Assembly (NCBI GenBank): GCA_039937995.1
Contig: JBDTFK010000215.1
Span: 1-28,329, forward strand
Source of the DNA: Vulcanimicrobiaceae bacterium
Lineage (GTDB): Bacteria; Vulcanimicrobiota; Vulcanimicrobiia; Vulcanimicrobiales; Vulcanimicrobiaceae
Reading direction: 5' to 3'
DNA: 28,329 nt
In this document: positions 8,676 through 17,666 of the stretch, in pieces
Numbering within the stretch: position 1 is the stretch's first letter
Layout of the letters: every line of letters begins with the position of its first letter
Notes under the pieces: model-generated
Told to the model about the DNA's origin: nothing
Databases searched by the model: none
What the model saw: the letters and a program-made list of their open reading frames with translations, nothing else
Translations under genes and position numbers: made by a program

Positions 8676-9458
8676 ATGTCAGCGTTGGGTGAGCGGTTTA
8701 GGGCCGCACGCGAGGCTCGCGGCCTCTCCCTCTCCGATGTGGCCGAGCAAATTCGTATTCGCTCGGTCTATCTCGGCGCGATCGAAGAAGAGAATTGGAG
8801 CGCGATCGGCGCTCCCGTGTATAGCCGCGGATTTTTAAGGACGTACGCGCGCTTTCTTGGTTTGGACCCCGAGGAGGTAGTCGGCGAGTTCAATCGTTCC
8901 GGCGCGTCCTCGGCGATCGTCGCCGCGCCCGGAAATTCCGGGCAGTCCAGGGAGAACCGGGCCGGGGTCGAGCGGAACGAACGCTCCGGAAGGAGCCTCT
9001 CGCCGTTTATCTTGGTCGCGAGTCTCGTTGCGGTCCTCCTGGTGGCGTTCGTCTTCTATAACGAGCTGACGATGCGCGAGCGGGCGGCAAATCCGCCCAC
9101 GGCCGCCGTCTCGCCGAACCCGCTTCCTTCTAACATGACGGGCGATGCCGCCGCAGCCGGATCGGTGAACCCCGATGGGTCGGGAGCTCCTCGCCTTGCG
9201 CCCCCTACTCGGGCTGCCGCTCTCGTGGGGCACACGATGCAGGTTTCCCTTTCAAGCCCGTCATGGCTCAGGATCACGGTTGACGGCAATGTTAGCATGG
9301 AGGGTACGTTTCCCGCTGGCACCGTAAAAGTGTTCCGCGGGAAAACGGCAGCGGTGCGCATCGGCAATGCCGGCGGCGTCGATATCTTGATCGATGGGAA
9401 AAACGTCGGCAAGCTCGGCGGTTCCGGAGACGTGGTCGAGCGCAGCTTCACGCTGTAA
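8676..9458 (+). CDS. rodZ: RodZ-like protein (HTH, one TM helix, DUF4115-like domain)
   Basis: [16 protein letters not shown]...[14 protein letters not shown]...[16 protein letters not shown], a single TM helix, and C-terminal WLRITVDG...[16 protein letters not shown]. Confidence 0.85.
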   Translation: MSALGERFRAAREARGLSLSDVAEQIRIRSVYLGAIEEENWSAIGAPVYSRGFLRTYARFLGLDPEEVVGEFNRSGASSAIVAAPGNSGQSRENRAGVERNERSGRSLSPFILVASLVAVLLVAFVFYNELTMRERAANPPTAAVSPNPLPSNMTGDAAAAGSVNPDGSGAPRLAPPTRAAALVGHTMQVSLSSPSWLRITVDGNVSMEGTFPAGTVKVFRGKTAAVRIGNAGGVDILIDGKNVGKLGGSGDVVERSFTL

Positions 9459-9480
9459 GCCTCGTATCAAAGGAGCCGCC

Positions 9481-9972
9481 GTGGCGAGCGAATCATCGTT
9501 CGATGTTGTGTCGAATATCGACCGGCAAGAGTTGGACAATGCGTTGAACCAGACGCGAAAAGAAATCGAGAATCGTTTCGATTTTAAGAACACCAAAACG
9601 TCCATCGAAACGGACGATAAGAAGATCACGATCGTCTCCGACGACGAGATGAAGATGCGCAACGTCGTCGACATCCTTCAGACCAAAGCCACGAAGCGCG
9701 GGATCGATATCAAAGCTTTCGATATCGGCGAATTGGAGCCGGCTTTCACCGGCACGGTCAGGCGTGTGATCGCGCTGCGTAACGGAATTCCGAAAGACAA
9801 GAGCAAGGCGCTTACCGAGAAAATCAAATCACTAAAGCTTAAAGTCACGGCGCAGTATCAGGACGAACAGATCCGGGTCAGCAGCAAGAGCCGTGACGAT
9901 CTCCAAAAAGTCATCACCGAGCTTAAGGCGATGAACTACGAGCTTCCCTTGCAGTTCGTCAATTTCCGATAA
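9481..9972 (+). CDS. yajQ: YajQ-family nucleotide/c-di-GMP-binding protein, 163 aa
   Basis: SFDVVSNIDRQELDNALNQ, RFDFKNTK and QYQDEQIRVSSKSRDDLQ...LQFVNFR. GTG at 9481 with AAGGAG upstream. Confidence 0.92.
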   Translation: MASESSFDVVSNIDRQELDNALNQTRKEIENRFDFKNTKTSIETDDKKITIVSDDEMKMRNVVDILQTKATKRGIDIKAFDIGELEPAFTGTVRRVIALRNGIPKDKSKALTEKIKSLKLKVTAQYQDEQIRVSSKSRDDLQKVITELKAMNYELPLQFVNFR

Positions 9973-9981
9973 TGGTGGCGT

Positions 9982-11358
9982 ATGTCTAGTGTCGCGTTCG
10001 TGAGTCTCGGTTGCGCGAAGAATCTCGTCGATACCGAAGTAATGATCGCCAAACTCGGCGCTGCGGGTTACGAACTCGCTCTCGAGGCCGGCGATGCCGA
10101 TACGGTCGTCATCAACACGTGCGCGTTCATCGATCCGGCCAAAGCCGAATCGACCGAGGTCATCCTCGAGTACGCGCAGCGCAAGCAAAAGGGCCAGCAA
10201 CTCGTTGTGGCCGGATGTCTCGCGCAACGGTATGGAGAGCAACTGCAGGCGCTCATTCCCGAGATCGACGGTGTCGTCGGGACGGGAGCTTACGCAAGCA
10301 TCGTCGAGTTACTCGACGACGTGCAAGCGGGGCGAAGGCCGGTGCGTATCGATTTCGAACCCGAACCCGAGCATGATTTTCTTCCGAGATTGATCACGAC
10401 CCCGCGCGCTACCGCGTACCTTAAAATAGCGGAAGGCTGCGATCACCCATGCACGTTTTGCATCATTCCTAAACTGCGCGGAGCGTTTCGGAGCCGCAGC
10501 GAAGAATCGATTCTCAAAGAAGCGCGCGCACTCGCCGCAAACGGAACCAAAGAGTTGATCCTGATCGCGCAAGATACGTCGATGTACGGCCGCGACCGCG
10601 GCGCGCGTCGCGGCGGGCTCGCAAATTTGCTCGAATCGCTGCAGAATATCGAAACTCTCGACTGGATTCGCTTGCTGTATTTATATCCCGCGACCGTCGA
10701 TCGCGAGTTGATTGAAGCGATGGCGACGTTGCCGAAAGTCTGCAAGTACATGGATATGCCGCTCCAGCACGCGCACCCGGAGGTGCTGCGCGCTATGCTT
10801 CGCCCGAGCAACGGCGAGCGATATCTCGAAATCATCGAGGAGTTTCGCGAGCGTGTTCCCGGAATCACGATGCGCTCGACCTTCATCGCCGGTTTCCCGG
10901 GCGAAACCGAAGAACACGTCGCGTATCTCGAGGAATGGATTGGCCGGGCGGAGCTCGATCGCGTCGGCTTTTTCGAGTACAGCTCCGAGGAAGGCACGCC
11001 CGGCGCGGAACTCGGAAACAAGGTGCCCGCTCGCGAACGGCGCAAGCGTTTGGTTCGCTTGCGCGAAGCGCAACGGATCGCGTCGGAGCGGGCACGCGCT
11101 AAACGTGTCGGTTCGACGGTGCGCGTTCTCGTTGAAGAGCGGCGCCGCTTGCGTAAGAGCGACCCATTTCGCGAGGCCCTCGCCGTGCCGGATGCATGGT
11201 TCGGGCGTTCGGAGGGCGAGGCGCCGGGCGTTGACGGGGGAATTTATTTTTCCGGCGACGCGCGCATCGGCGACTTCGTCGATATCACACTTGGCGGGCA
11301 TGGCCCGTTCGATTTTTATGGATCGTTCGCGCAGAAAGAGAGCCTAGCGATTGGGTAA
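9982..11358 (+). CDS. rimO: Ribosomal protein uS12 methylthiotransferase
   Basis: N-terminal SLGCAKNLVD, NTCAFI and AGCLAQ; radical SAM motif YLKIAEGCDHPCTFC; RSTFIAGFPGET; C-terminal TRAM-like EAPGVDG. Confidence 0.94.
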   Translation: MSSVAFVSLGCAKNLVDTEVMIAKLGAAGYELALEAGDADTVVINTCAFIDPAKAESTEVILEYAQRKQKGQQLVVAGCLAQRYGEQLQALIPEIDGVVGTGAYASIVELLDDVQAGRRPVRIDFEPEPEHDFLPRLITTPRATAYLKIAEGCDHPCTFCIIPKLRGAFRSRSEESILKEARALAANGTKELILIAQDTSMYGRDRGARRGGLANLLESLQNIETLDWIRLLYLYPATVDRELIEAMATLPKVCKYMDMPLQHAHPEVLRAMLRPSNGERYLEIIEEFRERVPGITMRSTFIAGFPGETEEHVAYLEEWIGRAELDRVGFFEYSSEEGTPGAELGNKVPARERRKRLVRLREAQRIASERARAKRVGSTVRVLVEERRRLRKSDPFREALAVPDAWFGRSEGEAPGVDGGIYFSGDARIGDFVDITLGGHGPFDFYGSFAQKESLAIG

Positions 11359-12769
11359 GCACCTCGACCCCGGTTCAACTCCTCCGCCGTCGGCTACGTC
11401 GCCTCGCGGCATGTCTCCGGTGATGCGTCGCATCGTACTGGCGGCAGGGCTGCTTCTTATCGGCATCGGATCGATATTCGCCGGCTTCGCGGTCTTCCGG
11501 CACGAAAATCCTTTGCAAGTGATTTCGCAGACGTTCGCGCCATCGCCGAGCGATGTGTTCGGGAAACCGAATCTGCTGGTGCTCGTCGAAGGGCTCGACT
11601 ACGACTACACGGCCAAGGACATGGAGTTTTCAACAAACTCCCGCAGCGACGTCATTAAAGCCGTCAACATCGACTTCGTCAACAAAAATATCTTCGTCGT
11701 ATCGGTTCCACGCGACATGCTCGCAGTTTTTCCCAACGGAAGCAAAGGCAAGATCAATCAAGCCCAGGCGGACGGCGGAGTGAAAGAGGCGTCGCAAGTC
11801 ATCGCCGCGTTCCTCGATATTCCGGGATTCGACCGCTACGCGATCTTGCGAATCGACGCGACAAAAGACATCATCAATGCACTCGGGGGGGTCGACGTTT
11901 ACGCGAAGACCTCGGATTGCTTGCAGTACCATACCGCTTGCACCGGCGGCCGCATCGACTACGACGACTCGTGGGGGCACCTCCACATCCACTTTACCGA
12001 AGGTCTACATCACATGAACGGAGAGCAAGCCGTCGGTTACGGGCGTTTTCGTCACGACTGGTGCAGCGATCCGTGTCGGATCAAGCGCCAAGATCAGGTG
12101 ATGACGGCCGTAGTCGATAAGCTCAAGAACGACAAAATCAACACGCTGCTCAATGCGGGAAACCTGCTCAAAGTCATTCGCACCGACATCGATACGAATT
12201 TTACGGATTCCGAACTCGTGTCGCTCGCGACGTACTTTTCGGGCGGTCTCACGAAAGACAACGTGCATTTCGCAGAAATTCCTTACACGGGTGACGTCGA
12301 GCTCGCCGACGGCGACGACCTTATTCCCGATGAAGCGCTTAAGAGCAAGCTGGTGCAAAGCATGCTCGTGGCTCCGCCGACTCCGGAAGCTTCGCCCGAC
12401 GCCATGGCGCTGGCCGGCATCGCTCCGGCGACGTTGCGCGTCGACGTCGAAAATGCGAGTGGGGTGAGCGGCGCCGCGCATATCGTGGCGGGAATCCTGC
12501 AAAAGGCGGGCTATACGATCGGCAACGTCGGCAATGCCGATGCGAGCGATCGTGACAGCACGCAAATCAACCAGCACTCGAAAATAGCGTGGGCCGGCGC
12601 AAAAGTGCGTACGGCGTTGCCTGCGACTCTTCAAAACGCGCCGGTAACCGGCACCGGCAGCGACGCAACGGGCGCGACTTCGGCGCCAAGCGATGTAACG
12701 GTCGTCATCGGCAAGGATCTTGCATCGGCCGTCGTTTCCGCGTCGCAGCCGACTCCGCGGCCTACGTGA
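11351..12769 (+). CDS. LCP (LytR-CpsA-Psr) family protein with C-terminal LytR_C domain
   Basis: N-terminal TM anchor, RSDVI, SVPRDM, KINQA, YGRFRHD...RIKRQ and C-terminal VDVENASGVSGAA...GNVGNAD. Confidence 0.9.
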   Translation: MGKHLDPGSTPPPSATSPRGMSPVMRRIVLAAGLLLIGIGSIFAGFAVFRHENPLQVISQTFAPSPSDVFGKPNLLVLVEGLDYDYTAKDMEFSTNSRSDVIKAVNIDFVNKNIFVVSVPRDMLAVFPNGSKGKINQAQADGGVKEASQVIAAFLDIPGFDRYAILRIDATKDIINALGGVDVYAKTSDCLQYHTACTGGRIDYDDSWGHLHIHFTEGLHHMNGEQAVGYGRFRHDWCSDPCRIKRQDQVMTAVVDKLKNDKINTLLNAGNLLKVIRTDIDTNFTDSELVSLATYFSGGLTKDNVHFAEIPYTGDVELADGDDLIPDEALKSKLVQSMLVAPPTPEASPDAMALAGIAPATLRVDVENASGVSGAAHIVAGILQKAGYTIGNVGNADASDRDSTQINQHSKIAWAGAKVRTALPATLQNAPVTGTGSDATGATSAPSDVTVVIGKDLASAVVSASQPTPRPT

Positions 12770-13587
12770 CCCGTCGCATGCAAATTTTGATAGCAGCGCT
12801 CGCGCTGGCGTTCGTCTTGGGAGCAGGCGGTTGGCGGCTTTTCAGACACGAGAGTGATTTAAAGCCCGCGATTGTAACGCCGGCGATGGACGTTCACAAC
12901 GAGTTTTCGGGCGATATCTACGCGCGAGCTTACCGGACGTTCCATCAAGTCGTTGCGAAAAATCTCGACGGCCGTCCCAAACTCATCGCGCTGACATTCG
13001 ACGATGGCCCATACCCCGTATTTACACCGCTGCTTCTTGACGAGCTTCGCACGTTACACGTTCCGGCAACGTTTTTTCTCATAGGCCGCGATTCGGAACA
13101 GTGGCCGGGACTCGCGCAGCGCATCGAAGCCGACGGAAACGAAGTTGCGGACCACACGTATTCGCATCCCAATCTCGATCAGGAAACACCGGCGCAAGTT
13201 CGCGAGGAAGTGGTGCACGGGCGCGACGCTTTGTGGAATCTCGTTCACGACCCGTCCGTACGCACGCTAATGCGCCCTCCGCACGGTCGTTATACCGAGG
13301 AGACGCTTCGCACGGTGCAAAGCCTCGGCTATCAAGTCGTGTTGTGGACGTACGATTCGGGCGACTGGCGGACGCTCCCAACGCATCGGATTGCCGACGA
13401 AATGCTCAAGCACGCGACCGCTCCGGATCTGGTTTTGCTGCACAACGGAAAACTGGCGACGATAGAGGCACTTCCCGAGGTGGTCGAGCGTTTCAGAAGG
13501 GCCGGGTACGAGTTCGTCACAGCCGGGGAGCTTTTACGTCGAGTTCCGGTGCAAGATATCAACCACCCCGCTCGCCGTCCGGTCTAG
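12766..13587 (+). CDS. Polysaccharide deacetylase (NodB/CE4 family), 273 aa
   Basis: LTFDDGP, DHTYSHP, RPPHG and LLHN motifs with an N-terminal hydrophobic anchor. GTG at 12766 overlaps the LCP stop (alternative ATG at 12778). Confidence 0.9.
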   Translation: MTRRMQILIAALALAFVLGAGGWRLFRHESDLKPAIVTPAMDVHNEFSGDIYARAYRTFHQVVAKNLDGRPKLIALTFDDGPYPVFTPLLLDELRTLHVPATFFLIGRDSEQWPGLAQRIEADGNEVADHTYSHPNLDQETPAQVREEVVHGRDALWNLVHDPSVRTLMRPPHGRYTEETLRTVQSLGYQVVLWTYDSGDWRTLPTHRIADEMLKHATAPDLVLLHNGKLATIEALPEVVERFRRAGYEFVTAGELLRRVPVQDINHPARRPV

Positions 13588-13593
13588 GGAGAA

Positions 13594-13839
13594 ATGCCTC
13601 GTCAAATTATCGATATCGAATCGAGCCGTCCCGCGTATAACCGCAGGCGCATCTTCGGGTGGATCGTGGTAGCCGTGGTGGTCGCGATTGCCGTCTTCTT
13701 CGCGATGGAGCTATTAAAGTCGCACCCGTCGGCGGCGGGCGCTTTCGTTGTGCTCTTTCGTAGGAAAGTTGCTCCCGCAAGGGAACCTGGGACCGATTCC
13801 AAACGACAGGAGAGGACATGCTGCGTAGGCACACCCTAG
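13594..13839 (+). CDS. Small single-TM hypothetical protein
   Basis: GGGAG RBS. A basic RRR patch precedes a clean TM helix (IFGWIVVAVVVAIAVFFAM). The ORF fills the gap between co-oriented genes; the C-terminal part is less convincing. Confidence 0.55.
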   Translation: MPRQIIDIESSRPAYNRRRIFGWIVVAVVVAIAVFFAMELLKSHPSAAGAFVVLFRRKVAPAREPGTDSKRQERTCCVGTP

Positions 13840-14996
13840 GCTTTGCTCTCGTGATGACCGCCGCGACCGCGTTCGCTGCATGCACCACGGGCGGGACGAA
13901 TTCCACGGTCTCCGTGGGGCCGAATTTCCCAACGCAAACGCTATACGCGTCGAATTCGACCCAAAATGCGGTCGGTATCTACCCGCCGGGAACAGCGTCG
14001 GGTTCCGGGCCGGCCTTTCAGTTGGGCAGCACGAGCATTGCAGGTCCTCAATACCTGGCCTTCGACAATCTGAGCGATCTCTTCATTACCAATTTCAACG
14101 TTTCCGCGAACACCGGGTCGATCGTCGAGATCAAGGCGCTTGCCACGGGTAACGTAACCGCGCTCAATTCCGTGAGCACCGGTGCGGTGCGGCCTCGCGG
14201 CATCGCGTTTTACGCGCAACCGGTTGCGGCAAGCACGGCATCGCCCGTACCCGCCTTCGCGGTTGCCGAAGTGAATCCCGGCGCGAGTGCCGGCTTCACG
14301 AACGAGATCGTGTTTTACAACGTGCTGATCGGCGCGTTCCAAACGATTGCTGGACCGAACACGCAGATGAACGTTCCGAGCGGCATTACGTTTGATTCAA
14401 GCCGCAATATTTACGTAACGAACCTGCAGGGCGCGTCGGTCGAAGTGTTTGCGCTACCCTCGCCCTCGCCGACACCGTCACCGACCGCAACTCCGTCCAC
14501 TACACCGTCACCGTCACCGACGCCCACGGCACTACCGTCCGGTGCGACTGCAACGCCGTCCCCGACACCTTCTCCAACGGCAACCCCGATCAATGTGGCT
14601 CCCCTGCGGACGATAGCCGGAGCCGCAACCGGCCTTGGGCAGCCGAGCGGAATTGCGCTCGATGCAAGTGGAAACATCTACGTTAGCGATGCAGCGGCGC
14701 TGGCAAGCGTATTGCCTGCGGGAAGTTGCACGAGAGCGTCGTGCCCGGCCGTGCTGATTTTCCCGGCGGGCGCGAGCGGTGCGACCGCGCCGAAAGCGAT
14801 CGCCGGCCCGCTCACGATGCTTAACGCTCCGAGTGACGTAAAACTCGATAATGCCGGGCTCGTGTACGTCGCGGATACGAAATCTTCGGGAGCCGGTATC
14901 GTGTACGTCTTCGCAAAAGGCGCGACGGGAAACGTTGCTCCGACAGCAACATATACGTCGCCCGGCGCAGTTATAGGAATCGGCATTACGCCGTAA
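13818..14996 (+). CDS. Lipoprotein with NHL-like beta-propeller repeats and a Pro/Thr/Ser-rich insert
   Basis: Lipobox FAAC (Cys22) and a strong RBS (AGGAGAGG). Repeats GPQYLAFD, VPSGITFD...IYVTN, QPSGIALD...IYVSD and APSDVKLD...VYVAD. Confidence 0.8.
   Translation: MLRRHTLGFALVMTAATAFAACTTGGTNSTVSVGPNFPTQTLYASNSTQNAVGIYPPGTASGSGPAFQLGSTSIAGPQYLAFDNLSDLFITNFNVSANTGSIVEIKALATGNVTALNSVSTGAVRPRGIAFYAQPVAASTASPVPAFAVAEVNPGASAGFTNEIVFYNVLIGAFQTIAGPNTQMNVPSGITFDSSRNIYVTNLQGASVEVFALPSPSPTPSPTATPSTTPSPSPTPTALPSGATATPSPTPSPTATPINVAPLRTIAGAATGLGQPSGIALDASGNIYVSDAAALASVLPAGSCTRASCPAVLIFPAGASGATAPKAIAGPLTMLNAPSDVKLDNAGLVYVADTKSSGAGIVYVFAKGATGNVAPTATYTSPGAVIGIGITP
14457..14588 (+). repeat. Degenerate (P/T/S) coding repeat
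   Basis: Encodes PSPSPTPSPTATPSTTPSPSPTPTALPSGATATPSPTPSPTATP (44 codons). Confidence 0.85.
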
Positions 14997-15008
14997 GCGA
15001 GGGTTTAC

Positions 15009-17666
15009 GTTCGCACGCACGTCGATCGGCTTTCGGCGCTAACACAAGTCGCCGACGCCGCCGCACCGCAGGCGAAAGCAGCGGCGATTGCCGCCGGGGC
15101 TGGATCCGCTTTACCCGGGGCGACGACCACCGCGCTCATTTTCAATGACGACGCCGTCGTAACCGCAACGGAGCCCGCGGGCGCGGCGGGCTTTGCGCTC
15201 CGCGACGGGTCGCCCGAACTGCGCCGCCTTTTTCTTCACGCGCTCGCGCGTTTCGGCGAAGGTGGATTGTCGTTTGTGTCGCGCGACCGGCAGCGTGCAT
15301 TCATCGGCGTAAGCGCGACGCTCGGCGAACGGGACCTGGTATTCGTCCCGCTCATCGCCGGGGGGAGGACCCTCGGCATCGTCGCGATTGTCGTCGACGG
15401 AGAACCTTCCGAGGAAGCACGAGAAGAACTTACCGCATTTTGCGCCGTCGTTACTCGCATGCTGGATTCCGACCGGGCGCTCTCCGCGGCGCGCCGGCAA
15501 TCGCGCGATAGCCAGTTACTTGCAATGGTTAACGAGCGTTTGCACAAATCGCTCGACCGGCGCGACGTCTTGCTCGGGATCGTCGAGGGCGTGCGTGCCG
15601 CATTTTCCGCGGACCGCTGCATGGTGTATCAGCGCGATGCGGACGGCGAGCGCGCTTCGATTGCCGCATCGGCCCTCCGCGATACGAGCGCGCCGTTTAT
15701 AACGCGCAGCCTCGCGTTTGACGCCGATTTGCGTAAAGTGTTCGGCGGCCTGACGGTCCGCCGTGACGAGTTGAGCGGCGAGCATATTTACGGCGAGAGC
15801 TCGCTTAGCGCGATGGCGATTCCATTTGTCGTCGACGGGCACGTCGAAGACGCACTGGTGCTCGCGTTCGACCGCGCGAACGCCTTTGACGACGCGGATG
15901 TCGCTGCACTACGCTCTCTCGCGTTTCACGTGGGACTCGCACTCTCGAATGCAAGCCTATACGAGCGGGAACGAGCGCGACGTTCGCAGGCAGAATCGCT
16001 CGAGCGCGTGGTTCGAATCCTGCGCGATACCCAATATGTCGACGAAGTTCTGCTGGTTTTCGTCGTAACGGTATCGCACGAGCTACCTGTCGACTGCGTT
16101 GCCTATGTGCTCGAGGGTGACGTACTCAATCGCCGCGCGCTGCGGATTCGCGAGCCGCGCGGATTCGAACCGCCGGCCACGATCGACCGCGCATTGCTCG
16201 AGCCGTTTCTCGCTGTGGACGAGCCGTCGGATGCGACGCTATTGCCTCGTATCGCGCGGGAGGCGCTCTTCGACGGGCGCGGTGGAGCGATCGTTCCGCT
16301 GCGGCTTGAAGGTGCGCTGTGGGGGTGTTTCATCGCGCGTGCGGAGGACGCGAGCTTTGACTGGCCGCCGGAGGTACGTGCGACGTTCTTCCGCACGCTT
16401 GGGTCGCATCTCGAGATCGCGCTTGCGAACGCACACGCATACGAGCGCGAATTGCGTCGCGCTCAAGAACGCGAAACTCTAGCCGAAGCGGCGCGGATGA
16501 TCTTGAGCCACACGCACGTCACGTCGCTGGCGGACGTGATGTCGCGTTTGGCCGCATCACTCGTCCACTCCGAGCGGGCGTGCGTTCTGCGTTGGAATGT
16601 GGAGCGCTACGCGGTCGTGGGGTCTTACGGTGAAGGCGCGCCTCAAATGGTCGAGTTGAGCGGTTTCGACTTAGTTCACCGAGCGGAGCGGCTTGTCGGA
16701 CTCGGCGGAGACGAGCGGCGCGTGCAACGTTTGATCGAGGGGCCGGGATATGTGGTTGTCCCGCTGATCCTAACGGGCGTGGCCGGCAGCGACACGATCG
16801 ATGCGTTTCTGATCGTCGGGAGATCCGAGGAAGCGCGCTTTGGGCGAGACGATTTGCGATTGCTGCAAGAGCTTGCCGCCCTTCTCGCCCTGGCTTTACG
16901 CAATCTCGAACTGTACGAAGCGATGAGCCGCGCCAACCGCGCGCTGCAAGAGTCGAGTGAATTCAAAGACGATTTGCTCGCAATGCTCGCTCACGATTTC
17001 AAGGGTCCGCTGACGGTCATTCTGGGGTACTGCGAACTCTTGCTGGAGAACGACACCGATTCTCGCGAGGAAATCGAGACGGTTTGCGCGCAGACCAAGC
17101 GCCTCGTTCGCCTCTCCGAGGACGCGCTTGTCTTGGCGCAGACGCAGGCCGAGGGTTTCTCCTTGGCCCGAACGATTGTGGATCTGGGCGGTTTTGTTGC
17201 GGAATGCGTCGATGCGTCCGCTCCAAACAACCCGCGAGTAAAGGTGGAGACGCCCGAAGAAACCGTTGCCGTAGACTTGGACCCGAACCGCTTCAGGCAC
17301 GTGATCGACAACCTGATCTCCAACGCCCTGAAATACTCTGCCGGGGAGGTGACCGTAAGCGTGCAACGTTTGGAGGATCGCGGAGTAATTGAAGTGAGCG
17401 ATTGTGGGATCGGCATTCCGGAGGGCGAGCTCGGCGGACTCTTCACGCGTTTCGGCCGGGCAAGCAACGCGCGGAGCAAAGGCATCTCGGGTTCGGGAAT
17501 CGGGCTCTACGTTGCGCGAAAAATCGTCGACGTGCATCGGGGATCGATCTCCGTGCGGTCAAAAGAAAACGAAGGAAGCACCTTCATCATCACCCTGCCG
17601 CTAGCGGACTTTGCCCGTAAGGAGAACGTTACCAAACGGTATGGCATTCCTAAAAACACTCTTTGA
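15009..17666 (+). CDS. Cytoplasmic multi-GAF sensor histidine kinase; start uncertain (first canonical start is TTG at 15267)
   Basis: HisKA H-box LAHDFKGPL (His at 16992) and HATPase motifs [13 protein letters not shown] and GSGIGL. Repeated GAF-like units (for example [34 protein letters not shown]). The frame is open back to 14997. Confidence 0.85.
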   Translation, partial: VRTHVDRLSALTQVADAAAPQAKAAAIAAGAGSALPGATTTALIFNDDAVVTATEPAGAAGFALRDGSPELRRLFLHALARFGEGGLSFVSRDRQRAFIGVSATLGERDLVFVPLIAGGRTLGIVAIVVDGEPSEEAREELTAFCAVVTRMLDSDRALSAARRQSRDSQLLAMVNERLHKSLDRRDVLLGIVEGVRAAFSADRCMVYQRDADGERASIAASALRDTSAPFITRSLAFDADLRKVFGGLTVRRDELSGEHIYGESSLSAMAIPFVVDGHVEDALVLAFDRANAFDDADVAALRSLAFHVGLALSNASLYERERARRSQAESLERVVRILRDTQYVDEVLLVFVVTVSHELPVDCVAYVLEGDVLNRRALRIREPRGFEPPATIDRALLEPFLAVDEPSDATLLPRIAREALFDGRGGAIVPLRLEGALWGCFIARAEDASFDWPPEVRATFFRTLGSHLEIALANAHAYERELRRAQERETLAEAARMILSHTHVTSLADVMSRLAASLVHSERACVLRWNVERYAVVGSYGEGAPQMVELSGFDLVHRAERLVGLGGDERRVQRLIEGPGYVVVPLILTGVAGSDTIDAFLIVGRSEEARFGRDDLRLLQELAALLALALRNLELYEAMSRANRALQESSEFKDDLLAMLAHDFKGPLTVILGYCELLLENDTDSREEIETVCAQTKRLVRLSEDALVLAQTQAEGFSLARTIVDLGGFVAECVDASAPNNPRVKVETPEETVAVDLDPNRFRHVIDNLISNALKYSAGEVTVSVQRLEDRGVIEVSDCGIGIPEGELGGLFTRFGRASNARSKGISGSGIGLYVARKIVDVHRGSISVRSKENEGSTFIITLPLADFARKENVTKRYGIPKNTL

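Noticed and set aside
14457-14588. Short tandem ACACCGTCACCG-like repeats as a CRISPR array or non-coding VNTR
   Set aside because: They are in-frame, degenerate Pro/Thr/Ser codons with no spacer structure and no cas genes nearby.
13818-17666. Stop-codon read-through fusing the lipoprotein to the kinase (same frame, single TAA)
   Set aside because: TAA is not a recoded Sec/Pyl codon, and the fusion would join an exported lipoprotein to a cytoplasmic kinase with no TM helix between them. Independent initiation is more plausible.
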